A stretch of 64,000 nucleotides of DNA, taken from the NCBI GenBank assembly GCA_024710525.1, contig JANJUP010000022.1, positions 128,001-192,000 on the forward strand, in the 5' to 3' direction. The DNA comes from Candidatus Rifleibacteriota bacterium. GTDB taxonomy: Bacteria; Muiribacteriota; Ozemobacteria; Ozemobacterales; Ozemobacteraceae. The notes below the pieces were generated by a model. That model did not search any database, was not told the DNA's origin, and saw only the letters and a program-made list of their open reading frames with translations. This document shows positions 33,324-43,064 of the stretch, one piece after another. Position 1 is the stretch's first letter. Each line of letters starts with the position of its first letter. The translations under genes were made by a program, and so were the position numbers.

Positions 33324-33815
33324 ATGCGTAATTTTCTGGCTGTTTTTTTGCTGTTATCTGTATTTTCTCTGTTAGCCGATCTTTTTGCCGAAGAACAGTT
33401 TTCGCTGTCGGCCGAGGTGGTGCAAAAATCCCGTGCTGAGCTGGTTGAACAGCTTTTGCTGCTCGATCTGCCTTCTATTTGCGAGGGCGAGGAACACCTG
33501 AGTGACCTCGGTGCCGGTTATGATCGGGATAACCGGCGGTATTTCCTTGAGCGCCCAGCCCGGCCCGATGGCTTTTCTGACAGCGGTTATCTTATCACCA
33601 TCGATTTTCCTGACGCCCGCAGCCCCATAATCACTGTTTTTGCACCTCAGGATGTCTGTTATCAGTGGCTTCAGATTCGTCCCCGGGTCTGTAATGGTAG
33701 ACTGACCGGCCGGCCGGTTTTTCAACCTGACGGTTGTGCTGGCGATCTGCTCGATTTTGGCAGTGCCGGCTCCGATCAACCGTTTTTTCAGGCACGTCTG
33801 ACTGATGATAATTGA
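33324..33815 (+). CDS. Secreted hypothetical protein
   Basis: 163 aa with a signal peptide (MRNFLAVFLLLSVFSLLADLFA). RBS GGAGG. Directly downstream of the anti-sigma gene. Confidence 0.55.
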   Translation: MRNFLAVFLLLSVFSLLADLFAEEQFSLSAEVVQKSRAELVEQLLLLDLPSICEGEEHLSDLGAGYDRDNRRYFLERPARPDGFSDSGYLITIDFPDARSPIITVFAPQDVCYQWLQIRPRVCNGRLTGRPVFQPDGCAGDLLDFGSAGSDQPFFQARLTDDN

Positions 33816-33890
33816 CACTGTTGCGGTTGTATTTATGGCTGGTTGGGTGTATTCTTTTCGGGGTACGATAGCACACTGAAAGGGGATAAT

Positions 33891-34211
33891 ATGGCACTCG
33901 AACTTAACAGCAAAAACTTCAAATCCGAAGTTACCGAATTTCAGGGAGGCGTTCTTGTTGATTTCTGGGCTCCGTGGTGCGGTCCCTGTCGCATGATGGG
34001 TCCGATTATCGACAGCCTGGCCGGTAAATTTGCCGGCAAGGTGAAAATCGCCAAGCTGAATGTTGATGACGCTGCTGATATCGCTGCCTCGTTCAATGTT
34101 TCCACGATTCCGACCCTGATTTTTTTCAAAAATGGCAAAGCCGTGCACACTTTGGTTGGTGTAACTCCTGAACCAGAACTCGAAAATCAGATCAACAGCA
34201 AACTTCTCTGA
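33891..34211 (+). CDS. trxA: Thioredoxin
   Basis: 106 aa from the ATG preceded by AAAGGGGA, carrying the WCGPC active site. The six-frame ORF extends to 33843, but the internal start fits thioredoxin length. Confidence 0.9.
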   Translation: MALELNSKNFKSEVTEFQGGVLVDFWAPWCGPCRMMGPIIDSLAGKFAGKVKIAKLNVDDAADIAASFNVSTIPTLIFFKNGKAVHTLVGVTPEPELENQINSKLL

Positions 34212-34243
34212 CGACCATTTCGCACCCAGAACAGGAGTTATAA

Positions 34244-36463
34244 ATGAATCAGATCATCAACAGTAGCGCCATTCAGGCTATTGTAAGGACCGATCATCAC
34301 GACCCGTTTCAGATTCTTGGCGCCCATGTTGCCGAATTCAAAGGCAAAAAGTGCGTAGCAGTCAGAGCTTTTCTGCCTGATGCTGAAAAAGTCGAAGTAA
34401 TTGATATTGCCAATGGCATGCCTTTTAAAATGAACCGGCTCGATGACGCCGGTTTTTTTGAAGCGGTAATTCTTGATCGAACCAGCGTTTTTGCCTATCG
34501 ACTCAAGAGTTTCTACGCCAATGGCGCCAGCGCCGAATTTTATGATTCTTATGCATTCATGCCGACTCTTGGCGAGACAGATCAGTATCTGTTCAATGAG
34601 GGCAACCACCATGAGCTTTATGAGAAGCTCGGCGCTCATATCCGCTATATGGACTATTATCAGGACAAACTTGGCGGCATTTCGTTTGCCGTCTGGGCAC
34701 CGAATGCAAAGCGCGTCAGCGTTGTCGGCGATTTTAACTGCTGGGATGGCCGCCGCCATGTGATGCGGTCCCTTGGCAATTCAGGTATCTGGGAAATTTT
34801 TGTTCCTGGCCTGCAGGCTGGCCAGAATTACAAGTTTGAAGTGAAAACACAGCAGGGGCATCTTCTCGAAAAGATTGACCCGTTTGCATTTTATGCTGAA
34901 ATTCGTCCGAAAACCGCCAGCAAGATCTATGATATCAGCGGTTACGACTGGAAAGATAACGACTGGATGAAGTCGCGCTCGCAGAAAGACTGGAAACGCG
35001 AGCCTGTCTCGATTTTTGAGTGCCACCTGGGTTCATTTATGCGCAACCTTGAAGAAGGTAATCGCTTTATGACCTACCGTGAACTGGCCCCATTGATCGC
35101 AGATTACGCAAAAAAGCTCGGCTATACCCATGTGGAGCTGCTGCCGATAACCGAGCACCCCCTCGACATGTCGTGGGGTTATCAGGTAACCGGTTATTTT
35201 GCACCTACCAGCCGCTTTGGCAGCCCGAAAGATTTTATGTATTTCGTCGATTATCTGCACCAGGAAGGCCTGGGCGTGTTGCTTGACTGGGTTCCGGCGC
35301 ATTTCCCCAAAGATGCTCACGGGCTTGCCAAATTTGATGGCACCGCTCTTTATGAGCATTCTGATCCCCGTCAGGGCGAACATAAAGACTGGTCGACGCT
35401 GATTTTTAACTTTGGCCGCAATGAAGTTAAGAATTTCCTCATCAGCAGCGCTCTGTTCTGGATGGATAAATACCACATCGATGGTCTGCGCGTCGATGCG
35501 GTCGCTTCGATGCTTTATCTTGATTATTCACGCAAAGCCGGTGAATGGATTCCTAACCAGCATGGTGGCCGTGAAAATCTTGAAGCCATCGAATTTCTCA
35601 AATACCTCAACAGCATCTGCCAGGAAAAACATCCGGGCATCATGAATATTGCCGAAGAGTCGACCGCCTGGCCAGGGGTTTCGAAACCCTGCAGCGAAGG
35701 CGGACTTGGCTTCACGTTCAAGTGGAATATGGGCTGGATGAACGATACGCTTTCGTATTATCAGAAAGATCCCATCTATCGGCGCTATCACCATAACAAT
35801 CTGACTTTCCCGCTGATCTATGCCTTTCATGAATACTTCATCTATGTTCTTTCACACGATGAAGTTGTGCATGGCAAGGGCAATATCATCAATAAAATGC
35901 CCGGTGATTTCTGGCAGAAATTTGCCAACGTCAGGCTGCTGTTCAGCATGATGTGGACAATGCCCGGCAAAAAGCTGCTGTTTCAGGGCACTGACTTTGG
36001 TCAGTGGAACGAGTGGAACAGCAATCAGAGTCTCGATTGGCACCTGCTCGAATATGATTCGCACAAAGGCCTGCAGCGGCTGGTCAGCCATTTGAATCAC
36101 CTTTATCGCAGCGAAGGCGCTCTTCATCTCAAAGACTGCGATTCAAGCGGTTTTGAATGGATCAATTTCGACGATGCAGATAACAGCATGATCAGCTGGG
36201 TCCGTAAAGGTGACAACCCTGACGACCTGATGGTATTTGTCGCCAACTTCACTCCGGTGCCGAGAAGCGGTTATCGTCTGGGTGTGCCTCGCGAAGGCTA
36301 CTATCGCGAGATTCTCAACTCAGACAGTGAAATGTATTTTGGCTCGAACGTCGGCAATTTCGGTGGCCGCTGGAGCGAAAAGCATGGCTGGCACTATCGT
36401 GATCAGTCGATTGTTATCGATATTCCGCCTCTGGCGCTGGTTGGTTTCAAGCTGTCTGTGTAA
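34244..36463 (+). CDS. glgB: 1,4-alpha-glucan branching enzyme
   Basis: 739 aa with a GH13 catalytic core (…[17 protein letters not shown]…, …HDEVVHGK…) and an N-terminal CBM48-like region. Confidence 0.9.
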   Translation: MNQIINSSAIQAIVRTDHHDPFQILGAHVAEFKGKKCVAVRAFLPDAEKVEVIDIANGMPFKMNRLDDAGFFEAVILDRTSVFAYRLKSFYANGASAEFYDSYAFMPTLGETDQYLFNEGNHHELYEKLGAHIRYMDYYQDKLGGISFAVWAPNAKRVSVVGDFNCWDGRRHVMRSLGNSGIWEIFVPGLQAGQNYKFEVKTQQGHLLEKIDPFAFYAEIRPKTASKIYDISGYDWKDNDWMKSRSQKDWKREPVSIFECHLGSFMRNLEEGNRFMTYRELAPLIADYAKKLGYTHVELLPITEHPLDMSWGYQVTGYFAPTSRFGSPKDFMYFVDYLHQEGLGVLLDWVPAHFPKDAHGLAKFDGTALYEHSDPRQGEHKDWSTLIFNFGRNEVKNFLISSALFWMDKYHIDGLRVDAVASMLYLDYSRKAGEWIPNQHGGRENLEAIEFLKYLNSICQEKHPGIMNIAEESTAWPGVSKPCSEGGLGFTFKWNMGWMNDTLSYYQKDPIYRRYHHNNLTFPLIYAFHEYFIYVLSHDEVVHGKGNIINKMPGDFWQKFANVRLLFSMMWTMPGKKLLFQGTDFGQWNEWNSNQSLDWHLLEYDSHKGLQRLVSHLNHLYRSEGALHLKDCDSSGFEWINFDDADNSMISWVRKGDNPDDLMVFVANFTPVPRSGYRLGVPREGYYREILNSDSEMYFGSNVGNFGGRWSEKHGWHYRDQSIVIDIPPLALVGFKLSV

Positions 36464-36473
36464 ATGTGTGATT

Positions 36474-36510
36474 AAAAAGGGGCTGTCTCGATGAGGCAGC
36501 CCCTTTTTTA
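36474..36510. terminator. Bidirectional rho-independent terminator (AAAAA-ggggctgtctc...gcagcccc-TTTTTT) between convergent glgB and dxs
   Basis: GC-rich hairpin flanked by an A run on one side and a T run on the other. Confidence 0.75.
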
Positions 36511-36567
36511 ACGAATTTTTCGGACTTTTGCGCGCGCAGGTAGCGGATTTCGGGATGTTGTTGAAAA

Positions 36568-38451
36568 TTACGGCCGGTGGCGGGTTTTCAACCAGCTGGT
36601 AATGCGCTCTTTAATGCCTTCGGCATCAATTTTCAGCATGTGGCGAAGCTCTTCCTGGCTGCCGTGTGGCACGAATTCGTCAGGAAGGCCGATACGCAAA
36701 ATGCCGGCTGTGTGACCGAGTTCCATGGCGTGTTCGGCTACCAGGCTGCCGAAGCCCCCAGGCAGTGCGTTTTCTTCGACGGTGACGATCGGCAGGTGGC
36801 GTCTGACAGAGTCGGCGAGAAGTTCGGTGTCGAAAGGCCGAATGAATCTCGGGTTGATCAGTCTGGCGCTGATGCCTTGTTTATCAAGTTCTTCGACGGC
36901 GCGGGCGGCCGTGCCGAGGGTGTGGCCGAGGGCCCATACTGAAATCTGGGAGCCTTCCTTGACCACTTCAGCCTTGCCTGACTGCAGCAGCGGGTGTCGT
37001 TGCCCCGACTCAAGACTGCAGGCGCTGGCGCCACGGGGGTATCTGATCGCAACCGGGCCGGTTGCAGCCGCGGCATAGTGCAGCATTTTTTTTAATTCAG
37101 CTTCATCTGCCGGCGCTAGAAACTGCAGGTTGGGAATTGCTCGCAAAAACGAGATGTCGAAGGCGCCGTGATGGGTAGGGCCGTCTTCGCCGACCAGACC
37201 GGCCCGGTCGAGGCAGAAAACCACCGGCAGATTCATCAGAGCGACATCATGCACCACCTGATCAAAGGCTCTCTGCATGAAGGTCGAATAGATGGCAACA
37301 AAAGGTTTCAGGCCACCTCTCGCCATGCCGGCTGCCATTGTTACCGCGTGCTGTTCAGCGATGCCGACATCAAAGAAGCGCGCCGGGTGCTCGCTGGCAA
37401 AACGGTTAAGTCCGGTGCCTTCTTTCATGGCAGCGGTGATTGCCACGATTTTGCGGTTAGTCTGCGCAAGTTCGCAGATGGTTTCGCCGAAAACTTCGGT
37501 AAAGGTCGGTCTGGCTTCGCCCGACTTTTTAACTTTGCCGGTTTCGATTTCGAAAGGCCCGATGCCATGAAATTTGGGGCGCTGTTCCTGCGCCGGCTTA
37601 TAACCGCGGCCTTTTTCGGTCAGAACATGAACCAGCACCGGGCCTTTACGATCTCGGGCCCTGATAAGAGCTCTTTCAAGCGTTTCGAAATCGTAACCGT
37701 CGACTGGCCCGAAATATTTAAACCCAAATTCTTCGAAGAGCATACCAGGGGTCAGCAGGTATTTAAGGCTGCCTTCGAGCCGGCTGATAACATTGTAAAG
37801 TCTTGAGCCAAACCCCGGAATCTGCTTGAGGATATGGGCAAGGTAATCTTTCGGAGTGGTGTAGGCCGGTTCAAGCCTGAGTCGGTGCAGATACATCGAA
37901 AGGGCGCCGACGTTTGGCGAAATCGACATCTCGTTGTCATTCAGAATGACAACCACATCATTTTTTTCGTGGCCGGTAAAGTTCAGGGCTTCGAAAGCCA
38001 TGCCGGCAGTCAGAGCTCCATCGCCGATGATCGCAACGGTTTTGCCTCCCATTTGCAGCTGTTCTTTGGCTATTGCCAGGCCTTGAGCGGCAGAAATCGA
38101 TGTCGAACTGTGCCCGGTGTTGAAAACGTCATGCCGGCTCTCACATATCTTGGGAAAACCGCTCAGGCCACCAAAGGTTCGCATGGTCGCAAACTGTTCG
38201 GCCCGGCCGGTGATAATTTTGTGGGTATAAGACTGATGCCCGACATCCCAGACGATCTGATCGTGAGGTGAGTGAAAAACCCGGTGAACGGCCAGTGTCA
38301 GTTCGACAATCCCGAGATTGCTTGCCAGATGCCCGCCATTCTTGCTGACGACGTCAATTATGCGCTCACGGATTTCGCCACTGAGCTGCTTCAGTTCGTC
38401 GATTGAAAGGCTTTCCAGGTCTCTGGGTTCGCGAATTCGGTTTAAAATCAT
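36568..38451 (-). CDS. dxs: 1-deoxy-D-xylulose-5-phosphate synthase
   Basis: TPP-binding motif (…GDGALTAGMAFEALN…), transketolase-like pyrimidine domain and C-terminal domain. The start is set at the internal Met (MILNRIREPRDLESLS…), typical of DXS N-termini. The six-frame ORF runs to 38490. Confidence 0.9.
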   Translation of the reverse strand: MILNRIREPRDLESLSIDELKQLSGEIRERIIDVVSKNGGHLASNLGIVELTLAVHRVFHSPHDQIVWDVGHQSYTHKIITGRAEQFATMRTFGGLSGFPKICESRHDVFNTGHSSTSISAAQGLAIAKEQLQMGGKTVAIIGDGALTAGMAFEALNFTGHEKNDVVVILNDNEMSISPNVGALSMYLHRLRLEPAYTTPKDYLAHILKQIPGFGSRLYNVISRLEGSLKYLLTPGMLFEEFGFKYFGPVDGYDFETLERALIRARDRKGPVLVHVLTEKGRGYKPAQEQRPKFHGIGPFEIETGKVKKSGEARPTFTEVFGETICELAQTNRKIVAITAAMKEGTGLNRFASEHPARFFDVGIAEQHAVTMAAGMARGGLKPFVAIYSTFMQRAFDQVVHDVALMNLPVVFCLDRAGLVGEDGPTHHGAFDISFLRAIPNLQFLAPADEAELKKMLHYAAAATGPVAIRYPRGASACSLESGQRHPLLQSGKAEVVKEGSQISVWALGHTLGTAARAVEELDKQGISARLINPRFIRPFDTELLADSVRRHLPIVTVEENALPGGFGSLVAEHAMELGHTAGILRIGLPDEFVPHGSQEELRHMLKIDAEGIKERITSWLKTRHRP

Positions 38452-38548
38452 CGGGTTGATCGTGGCAACAGATTTGCGGCAGTATATCACAGTTTACAGA
38501 CTATTCCAAACCTGAATTAACAAGGAAAAGAACAGGCAGAATGTCGGC

Positions 38549-38740
38549 TTAACTTTCTATTCTGAGGGCTCGAAGTAGCTCTTTCAGATTGACTTCGTGA
38601 GCTTTTGCGGCGCCTTCGAGCGTTTCTCCAGCTGCCACCGCACAGCCAATACAGTGCATGCCAAACTGCTGCAGAATTCTGGCCGCATCGGGTCTGGCTT
38701 TGAGTATTTCAGCGATCGTCATTTTTTCGTTAATTGCCAT
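38549..38740 (-). CDS. DUF1858 domain protein (hybrid-cluster-protein-associated redox disulfide protein family)
   Basis: 63 aa, …MTIAEILKARPDAARILQQFGMHCIGCAVAAGETLEGAA…, with a CxxC pair. Typical small DUF1858 protein. Confidence 0.7.
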   Translation of the reverse strand: MAINEKMTIAEILKARPDAARILQQFGMHCIGCAVAAGETLEGAAKAHEVNLKELLRALRIES

Positions 38741-40193
38741 TATTTTCTCCTGGCTGGGTTTCTTCTGGCGCCCTTTTCATTCCGTCAAGCTCGTGGTGCT
38801 GATCCTGCAGGGCCTTGTTAGACTTGAAAAGCAATACCCAGACAGTCTGGAAAATGATTTTGATATCGAGAACGAAACTGTAGTTGTCGAGATAATAGTA
38901 GTCATAAGTTACCTTGTCAACCAGCCTGAGGTAGTAGCGGGAGTTTACGGCTGCCAGCCCGGTAACGCCAGGTTTGACCGCCAGTCGTCGGCCCTGAAAT
39001 TCATAGTAATCTTTGACGAAAAATGGTCTTTCGGGGCGTGGGCCCACCACCGACATTTCGCCGGTCAGAACGAGAAAAAACTGTGGCAGTTCGTCGATCC
39101 CGAACCGTCGCAGAAACTTTCCGAGTGATGAAATACGCGGGTCGTCCGCAGTTGATACGGTCGGCCCTGATTTCGCCTCTGAACCTACCCGCATCGATCT
39201 GAACTTGATGACGTCAAATTCTTTGCCGTAACGACCTACCCGCTTCTGTTTATAAAAAATGGGACCTGGCGAATCGAGTCTCACAAGAATTGCGGTGGTG
39301 ATCATCACCGGCATGCTTATCAGAAGCGCAAATATCGAAAAGAATATGTCGAAAGCTCTTTTGATAAGCCGTTCGAGTGAGGCGAGCGGCCTGGAGGTAA
39401 TAGTTATAAGAGGAAAATCTTCAAGGCTCTGCAAGCCTACGGTTCCGGCAGCCTTGCGAGGGTCTACTGAAATACGCACCCTGAATTCGTGCGGTTCTTC
39501 TTTGCGGCTGTAATAAATCTGCGCCCAGAAACTGTCGAGATCCAGATTCGGGTCGGTGACAAAAACCTCATGGGCATTACGAAAAATAACCTCAGAAGCA
39601 AGATCTGGCAGCTGATCAGAGGTCATGGTGTGAACAATTCTGAATCGTACGCCGCCGCGGCGGTGAAAATGCTTGATAATTCGTCGGCCCTCTGACTGGT
39701 CGCCGATGATTATGGCTCTGAGCATGCGCGGATGGGGTTTAAGCAGCGCCGATATGATTATTCTGAGCCCAAAGGTTGTAAATATGCTCAGGCCCGTCGC
39801 CAGAAGAAAGATCGGCCGCGGAAATGTGTAGGCATAATAGGCCACGGCACGCGAAAAGAAGGCAAGCAGGTTGAAGCCGACAAATGATGCGAGAAGGGCG
39901 CTGGAAGTATGCGAAAAAATGTCTGATGCAGCTGTCAGTTTTCTGATGTTGAAAATACCTGAAAGCAGGCCAAAACTGACATAAAGCGCAAACAGAATCC
40001 AGCGCACATGAAGATAAGAATCGAGATAAAGCTGGATTTGCGGGTCAGAACGGAGCCACAGAGTAAAGGTGAGCGTGAATACCTGGTTGAGCAGCAGAGT
40101 ATCAAAAAGCAGCAGGAACAGAGAAACCATTGTTTCTGCACCCTGAGGCAGTCTCAGGCCCTGCCATCTCCTGCGGCTTCTGGTTCCGGCCAT
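38730..40193 (-). CDS. Polyprenyl-phosphate sugar phosphotransferase (bacterial sugar transferase, WcaJ/WbaP-like)
   Basis: 487 aa with N-terminal TM helices and a C-terminal bacterial sugar transferase domain (…KRAFDIFFSIFALLISMPVMI…DSPGPIFYKQKRVGRYGKEFDVIKFRSM…VGPRPE…). Start overlaps the upstream gene's stop (ATGA). Confidence 0.85.
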   Translation of the reverse strand: MAGTRSRRRWQGLRLPQGAETMVSLFLLLFDTLLLNQVFTLTFTLWLRSDPQIQLYLDSYLHVRWILFALYVSFGLLSGIFNIRKLTAASDIFSHTSSALLASFVGFNLLAFFSRAVAYYAYTFPRPIFLLATGLSIFTTFGLRIIISALLKPHPRMLRAIIIGDQSEGRRIIKHFHRRGGVRFRIVHTMTSDQLPDLASEVIFRNAHEVFVTDPNLDLDSFWAQIYYSRKEEPHEFRVRISVDPRKAAGTVGLQSLEDFPLITITSRPLASLERLIKRAFDIFFSIFALLISMPVMITTAILVRLDSPGPIFYKQKRVGRYGKEFDVIKFRSMRVGSEAKSGPTVSTADDPRISSLGKFLRRFGIDELPQFFLVLTGEMSVVGPRPERPFFVKDYYEFQGRRLAVKPGVTGLAAVNSRYYLRLVDKVTYDYYYLDNYSFVLDIKIIFQTVWVLLFKSNKALQDQHHELDGMKRAPEETQPGENNGN

Positions 40194-40196
40194 GAT

Positions 40197-40697
40197 CTAC
40201 TTGATGTTGCCAAGCAGTGTGTAAAGTCTGGCGATGTGAATCTTTTCCTGGCGGATCAGTTCTTCGACCAGGCCCTTGTTCGCGTCTGCGGGGCCAAGAA
40301 TACTGAGAATTTCCTGAAAGAACAGAACCGTATCCTTTTCGAAGCCGATGGCGTGATAAATCGCCTGTTCATCGGTGTTTATTTCATTGGCGATTTCGGC
40401 GTGTGAGCGCAGATTGGGAAAAACCCGGCCATCGAAAAGGGCATTGAGGTAGCCGAACATTTCGGGAGTATTATACTCATCAGCTATCTCAAATTCTTTT
40501 TCGGCCTGGCTTTTTGCAAGCCTTTCGCGAATTTTTACAAAATTTTCGAGGTGACTCTGTTCTTCGCGGCCAAGATACTCAAAAACCTGCCTGACTTCGG
40601 GGCTATGTGATTTTTCAGTCATCAGAGCGTAATATTCTTTGCCGTTTTTTTCGATCTGAATGGCCATTTCCATGAGTTCATCGGTATTGAAAGTCAC
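40197..40697 (-). CDS. Ferritin-like/rubrerythrin-family domain protein
   Basis: 166 aa with an all-helical Glu/His-rich pattern (…EKNGKEYYALM…EEQSHLENF…) consistent with a ferritin-like di-iron fold. Confidence 0.55.
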   Translation of the reverse strand: MTFNTDELMEMAIQIEKNGKEYYALMTEKSHSPEVRQVFEYLGREEQSHLENFVKIRERLAKSQAEKEFEIADEYNTPEMFGYLNALFDGRVFPNLRSHAEIANEINTDEQAIYHAIGFEKDTVLFFQEILSILGPADANKGLVEELIRQEKIHIARLYTLLGNIK

Positions 40698-40717
40698 AAG
40701 GATTCTCCTGAATGTTC

Positions 40718-41782
40718 TTAAAGTTTGACCGAAAGCTCGATTTCACGGGCGATTTCTTCGAGATTGAGAATACGCACGGCGGCTTCCTGTTCGAGGGCGG
40801 CTCTCGGCATGCCATAAACAACCGAAGAGTTACGATCCTGGGCAATGGTGAGCCCACCCATCAGCTTGATATTCTTCATGCCGCGCACGCCGTCTTCACC
40901 CATGCCCGTAAGAATTACACCAATGCATTTATGGGCGAATTCTTTGGCGGCCGAAAAAAACAGGGTGTTGATACAGGGGGCGAATCTGTCCTGCTCGACT
41001 GAATTTGGCGTGACCGAAAAGCAACACCGGCCGTCGAGGGAACGGCTTACCCGTGTCTGGTGGTCACCCGGGCAGATGTAGGCAATCGAGTTCTGCAGTG
41101 TTTCACCGTCGCAGGCCTCTTTAACCCTGATGCCGCAGAGCATGTTGAGCCGTGAAGCGAACGCGGCAGTAAAGGCCTTGGGCATGTGCTGGGCAATGAT
41201 AATTGGCGCCGGCAGAGCCGGGTCGATAAGGGTCAGAATTTTTTGAATTGCCGGTGGGCCACCGGTAGACGATCCGATAAAGATGGCACGATTGATAACT
41301 TCATCGGTGTTGCCGGCGTTTTTCTTGGGGCCCCGGCGTGCCTGCGAGTATTCAAGCTTGATTGCCTGCGGCTTGCAGCCGGCCGCCGCATGAATCTTGT
41401 GCAGTAGATCGTCTTTGAGAGTAAGAATGGTCGCCGAAAGGGTCGAACCCGGCTTGGGTACGTAATCTACGGCGCCAAGATCAAAAGCGTCGAGAGTGAC
41501 TTTCGCCCCTTCTTTGGTCAGCGAACTCACCATAAGAACCGGGGTTGGACAGATGCGCATGATTTCTTTCAGCGCCTGCAGACCATCCATGATTGGCATT
41601 TCGACATCCATGGTCACGACGTCAGGCTTAAGTCGCGCAACCTTTTCGACAGCCTCGCGGCCGTTGGCAGCTGAGCCGGCAATTTCGATACCGGGGTCGG
41701 TCTGAAGCATGCGCTCAATCGCTGTGCGCATGAAGGCCGAGTCGTCAACAATCAGAACCTTGATTTTTCGTGTTTCGGTCAT
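40718..41782 (-). CDS. cheB: Chemotaxis response regulator protein-glutamate methylesterase
   Basis: N-terminal REC domain (…KVLIVDDSAFMR…DVVTMDVEMPIMDG…) and a C-terminal methylesterase with Ser/His/Asp. The start is set at MTETRK, which forms an ATGA overlap with the cheR stop. The six-frame ORF runs to 41872. Confidence 0.85.
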   Translation of the reverse strand: MTETRKIKVLIVDDSAFMRTAIERMLQTDPGIEIAGSAANGREAVEKVARLKPDVVTMDVEMPIMDGLQALKEIMRICPTPVLMVSSLTKEGAKVTLDAFDLGAVDYVPKPGSTLSATILTLKDDLLHKIHAAAGCKPQAIKLEYSQARRGPKKNAGNTDEVINRAIFIGSSTGGPPAIQKILTLIDPALPAPIIIAQHMPKAFTAAFASRLNMLCGIRVKEACDGETLQNSIAYICPGDHQTRVSRSLDGRCCFSVTPNSVEQDRFAPCINTLFFSAAKEFAHKCIGVILTGMGEDGVRGMKNIKLMGGLTIAQDRNSSVVYGMPRAALEQEAAVRILNLEEIAREIELSVKL

Positions 41783-42642
41783 GTCTTCTGCTTTGATAAT
41801 AGAGGTTTCCGGTAGGCGTAGCTGTTCTTGTGATTCACCATCGTAAAGCCGCCGATGCCGGCCGGCATGCATTCGGTTTCGCCCAGAAAAACCACGCCTC
41901 CAGGATTGAGATACTTGAAAAACTCTTCAAAAAGACGATTCCTCAGATTCTCATCAAAATAAATCAGAACGTTTCTGCAGAAAATGATATCTGACCCGGT
42001 CAGGCATTGCAAGCTCTGCAGGTTTTTTAAATTCAGACGTTGAAATTCTACCATACTTCGAATGTCATCAGATACCCTGCAGTTGCCATCTGAATCAGGT
42101 TTGCCGAGTTTCATGCCAAAGCGGTTTTCGAATTCAGGCAGTTTGTCGCGCAGCGATCGGCTGTTGAAAAAACCCTCGCGAGCCATCTGAAGATTTCTTG
42201 AATTGATGTCGCCCGCATTGATAGAAAATCTGGCTTCCGGAACCCGGTTCTGAAAATATCTGGCAAGCATTGCCACCGAGTAAGCCTCTTCGCCGCGCGA
42301 ACAACCGGCGCTCCAGACGCGGAACGGAAACTGATAGCCGTGCAGAGTGAAAAATTCGGGCAGCAGGACTTCGAGCATGAAGTCAAACTGGGCCGGATTG
42401 CGAAAAAAGAAGCTTTCGCTAACTGTCAGGTCGGCGATAAGGTCATCCATGGCAAGCGGGTTATGGTTGCAGGTCTCTAGAATTCGTATGTAGTCGTCAA
42501 TTGAGTTGACCTTGTAGCGCATCATCTGGTCGAGAATCTTTTTTTCAGCCTGCCGTGTGGTGACCCGCTCGACCATAATGCCCGAATATTCGTGCACCAG
42601 ATGGCTGATTTTAGCTATTTTTCGGGGTTCCATACTGGTCAT
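41779..42642 (-). CDS. cheR: Chemotaxis protein methyltransferase
   Basis: 287 aa with a CheR N-terminal helical domain plus a SAM-dependent methyltransferase domain (…VWSAGCSRGEEAYSVAMLA…). Confidence 0.85.
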   Translation of the reverse strand: MTSMEPRKIAKISHLVHEYSGIMVERVTTRQAEKKILDQMMRYKVNSIDDYIRILETCNHNPLAMDDLIADLTVSESFFFRNPAQFDFMLEVLLPEFFTLHGYQFPFRVWSAGCSRGEEAYSVAMLARYFQNRVPEARFSINAGDINSRNLQMAREGFFNSRSLRDKLPEFENRFGMKLGKPDSDGNCRVSDDIRSMVEFQRLNLKNLQSLQCLTGSDIIFCRNVLIYFDENLRNRLFEEFFKYLNPGGVVFLGETECMPAGIGGFTMVNHKNSYAYRKPLLSKQKT

Positions 42643-43064
42643 GCTTTATGATAGGGCTCCCCGAACATGATTGAAACGGCGCGGTAAAGCTGTTCGGCAA
42701 TTACCAGAAGCGCCAGCTGATGGTTTAAAGTCAGCGGTGAAAGAGAAATGAACTCCGTAGCGGCGGCTTTTACCCTCGGATCGTGTCCTTCTGCAGCGCC
42801 CAGACAGAAGGTCATGCGGTTTACCCCTGAGTTGATCTTTGCTTCAAGCCATTGACAGAAGCCAATGGTGTTGTGGCACTTTGCGTGCTCATCGAGGGCG
42901 ACTATGCATTCGCGGCCTGCCAGCCGTCGCAGCAGCTCATCTTCGTTGCGACAATTGACTATCTCAACCGGCAATCTTCTTGAACAACGTTCAAGATAAA
43001 GCTCTATCAATTTCTGATAGGGCTTGTCAGCGATTTTGCCCGGCATGAGAATTTCGACCTTCAT
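42639..43064 (-). CDS. rlmH: 23S rRNA (pseudouridine1915-N3)-methyltransferase
   Basis: 141 aa SPOUT-family protein. The C-terminus …LALLVIAEQLYRAVSIMFGEPYH matches the conserved RlmH tail. Confidence 0.8.
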   Translation of the reverse strand: MKVEILMPGKIADKPYQKLIELYLERCSRRLPVEIVNCRNEDELLRRLAGRECIVALDEHAKCHNTIGFCQWLEAKINSGVNRMTFCLGAAEGHDPRVKAAATEFISLSPLTLNHQLALLVIAEQLYRAVSIMFGEPYHKA

